Part shown: one piece after another, positions 63,555 to 64,000 of the stretch
Numbering within the stretch: the stretch's first letter is position 1
Layout of the letters: each line of letters begins with the position of its first letter
Source of the DNA: Octopus sinensis
Lineage: Eukaryota
NCBI RefSeq assembly: GCF_006345805.1
Contig: NC_042999.1
Location: forward strand, 50,220,001 to 50,284,000
Reading direction: 5' to 3'
DNA length: 64,000 nt
The notes under the pieces: generated by a model
Databases searched by the model: none
Seen by the model: the letters and a program-made list of their open reading frames with translations, nothing else
What the model was told of the DNA's origin: nothing
Program-made: the position numbers and the translations under genes

Positions 63555-63790
63555 ATTCTTTTACTTGTTTCAGTTCAGTTATTTGACTGTGGCCATGTTG
63601 GAGCACCACCTGAAAGGGTTTAGTTGAAGAAATCGACCCAAGGACTTATTCTTTGTAAACCTAGTACTTATTCTATCAGTTCCTTTTACCAAACTGCTAA
63701 GTTAAAGGGACATAAACACACCAGCTTAAGTTGTCAAGCAATGGTGGTGAGGACAAACACAGACATACACACACACATCAATATATACAT
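63555..63790 (-). mobile_element. SINE family A 3' half
   Basis: Tail and body up to the (CA)n tract. Confidence 0.85.
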
Positions 63791-64000
63791 CTATGTATGT
63801 AGGTTTGTACATACATGCACACACACACACGCACACACACACACTCTCACACACACACTCACGCTGACATAATATCAAGAAGCAACTGAACCATAGAACT
63901 GGTCTTTTTTAACGGAACTGTTAAAAATGTAAAATTAGCTAACATACCTAAGTTTATATATACACACACACACACATATGAGTGTATATAAATGCATGTA

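Noticed and set aside
954-63872. Dozens of recurring ORFs (e.g. MSSDVGGTNTDTQ..., QDLFFVSLVLILSVSFAEPL..., LAEFLQLDALP...)
   Set aside because: They are translations of SINE A and RTE 3' UTR copies; frames are not conserved between copies.

Overview
AT-rich, repeat-dominated eukaryotic DNA. The SINE families, RTE 3' tails and long (TA)n/(CA)n/(TACA)n/(GAT)n microsatellites point to a coleoid cephalopod, most likely Octopus (inference from family resemblance; no search run). I found no confident host protein-coding gene, so the window reads as intronic or intergenic. Most ORF-track entries are SINE or microsatellite translations. Real content: many copies of two main tRNA-derived SINE families plus rarer modular SINEs; RTE and CR1-type LINE relics; DNA-transposon relics (Merlin/IS1016-like, maT/DD37D, rosa/DD41D-like, mariner and piggyBac-type MITEs, a TSD-flanked hAT with a nested CR1); a Helitron-like element; a 5S rRNA 3' fragment; and three minimal type I hammerhead ribozyme-like motifs in Penelope-like repeats. 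The best unexplained signals are: (i) a diverged local duplication whose 177-bp core is perfectly identical and coincides with splice-like boundaries and several hairpins; (ii) the hammerhead motifs, one paired with its own antisense copy and two sharing a non-canonical CUGU core; (iii) a perfect palindrome with 69-bp arms. Boundaries of decayed elements are approximate.
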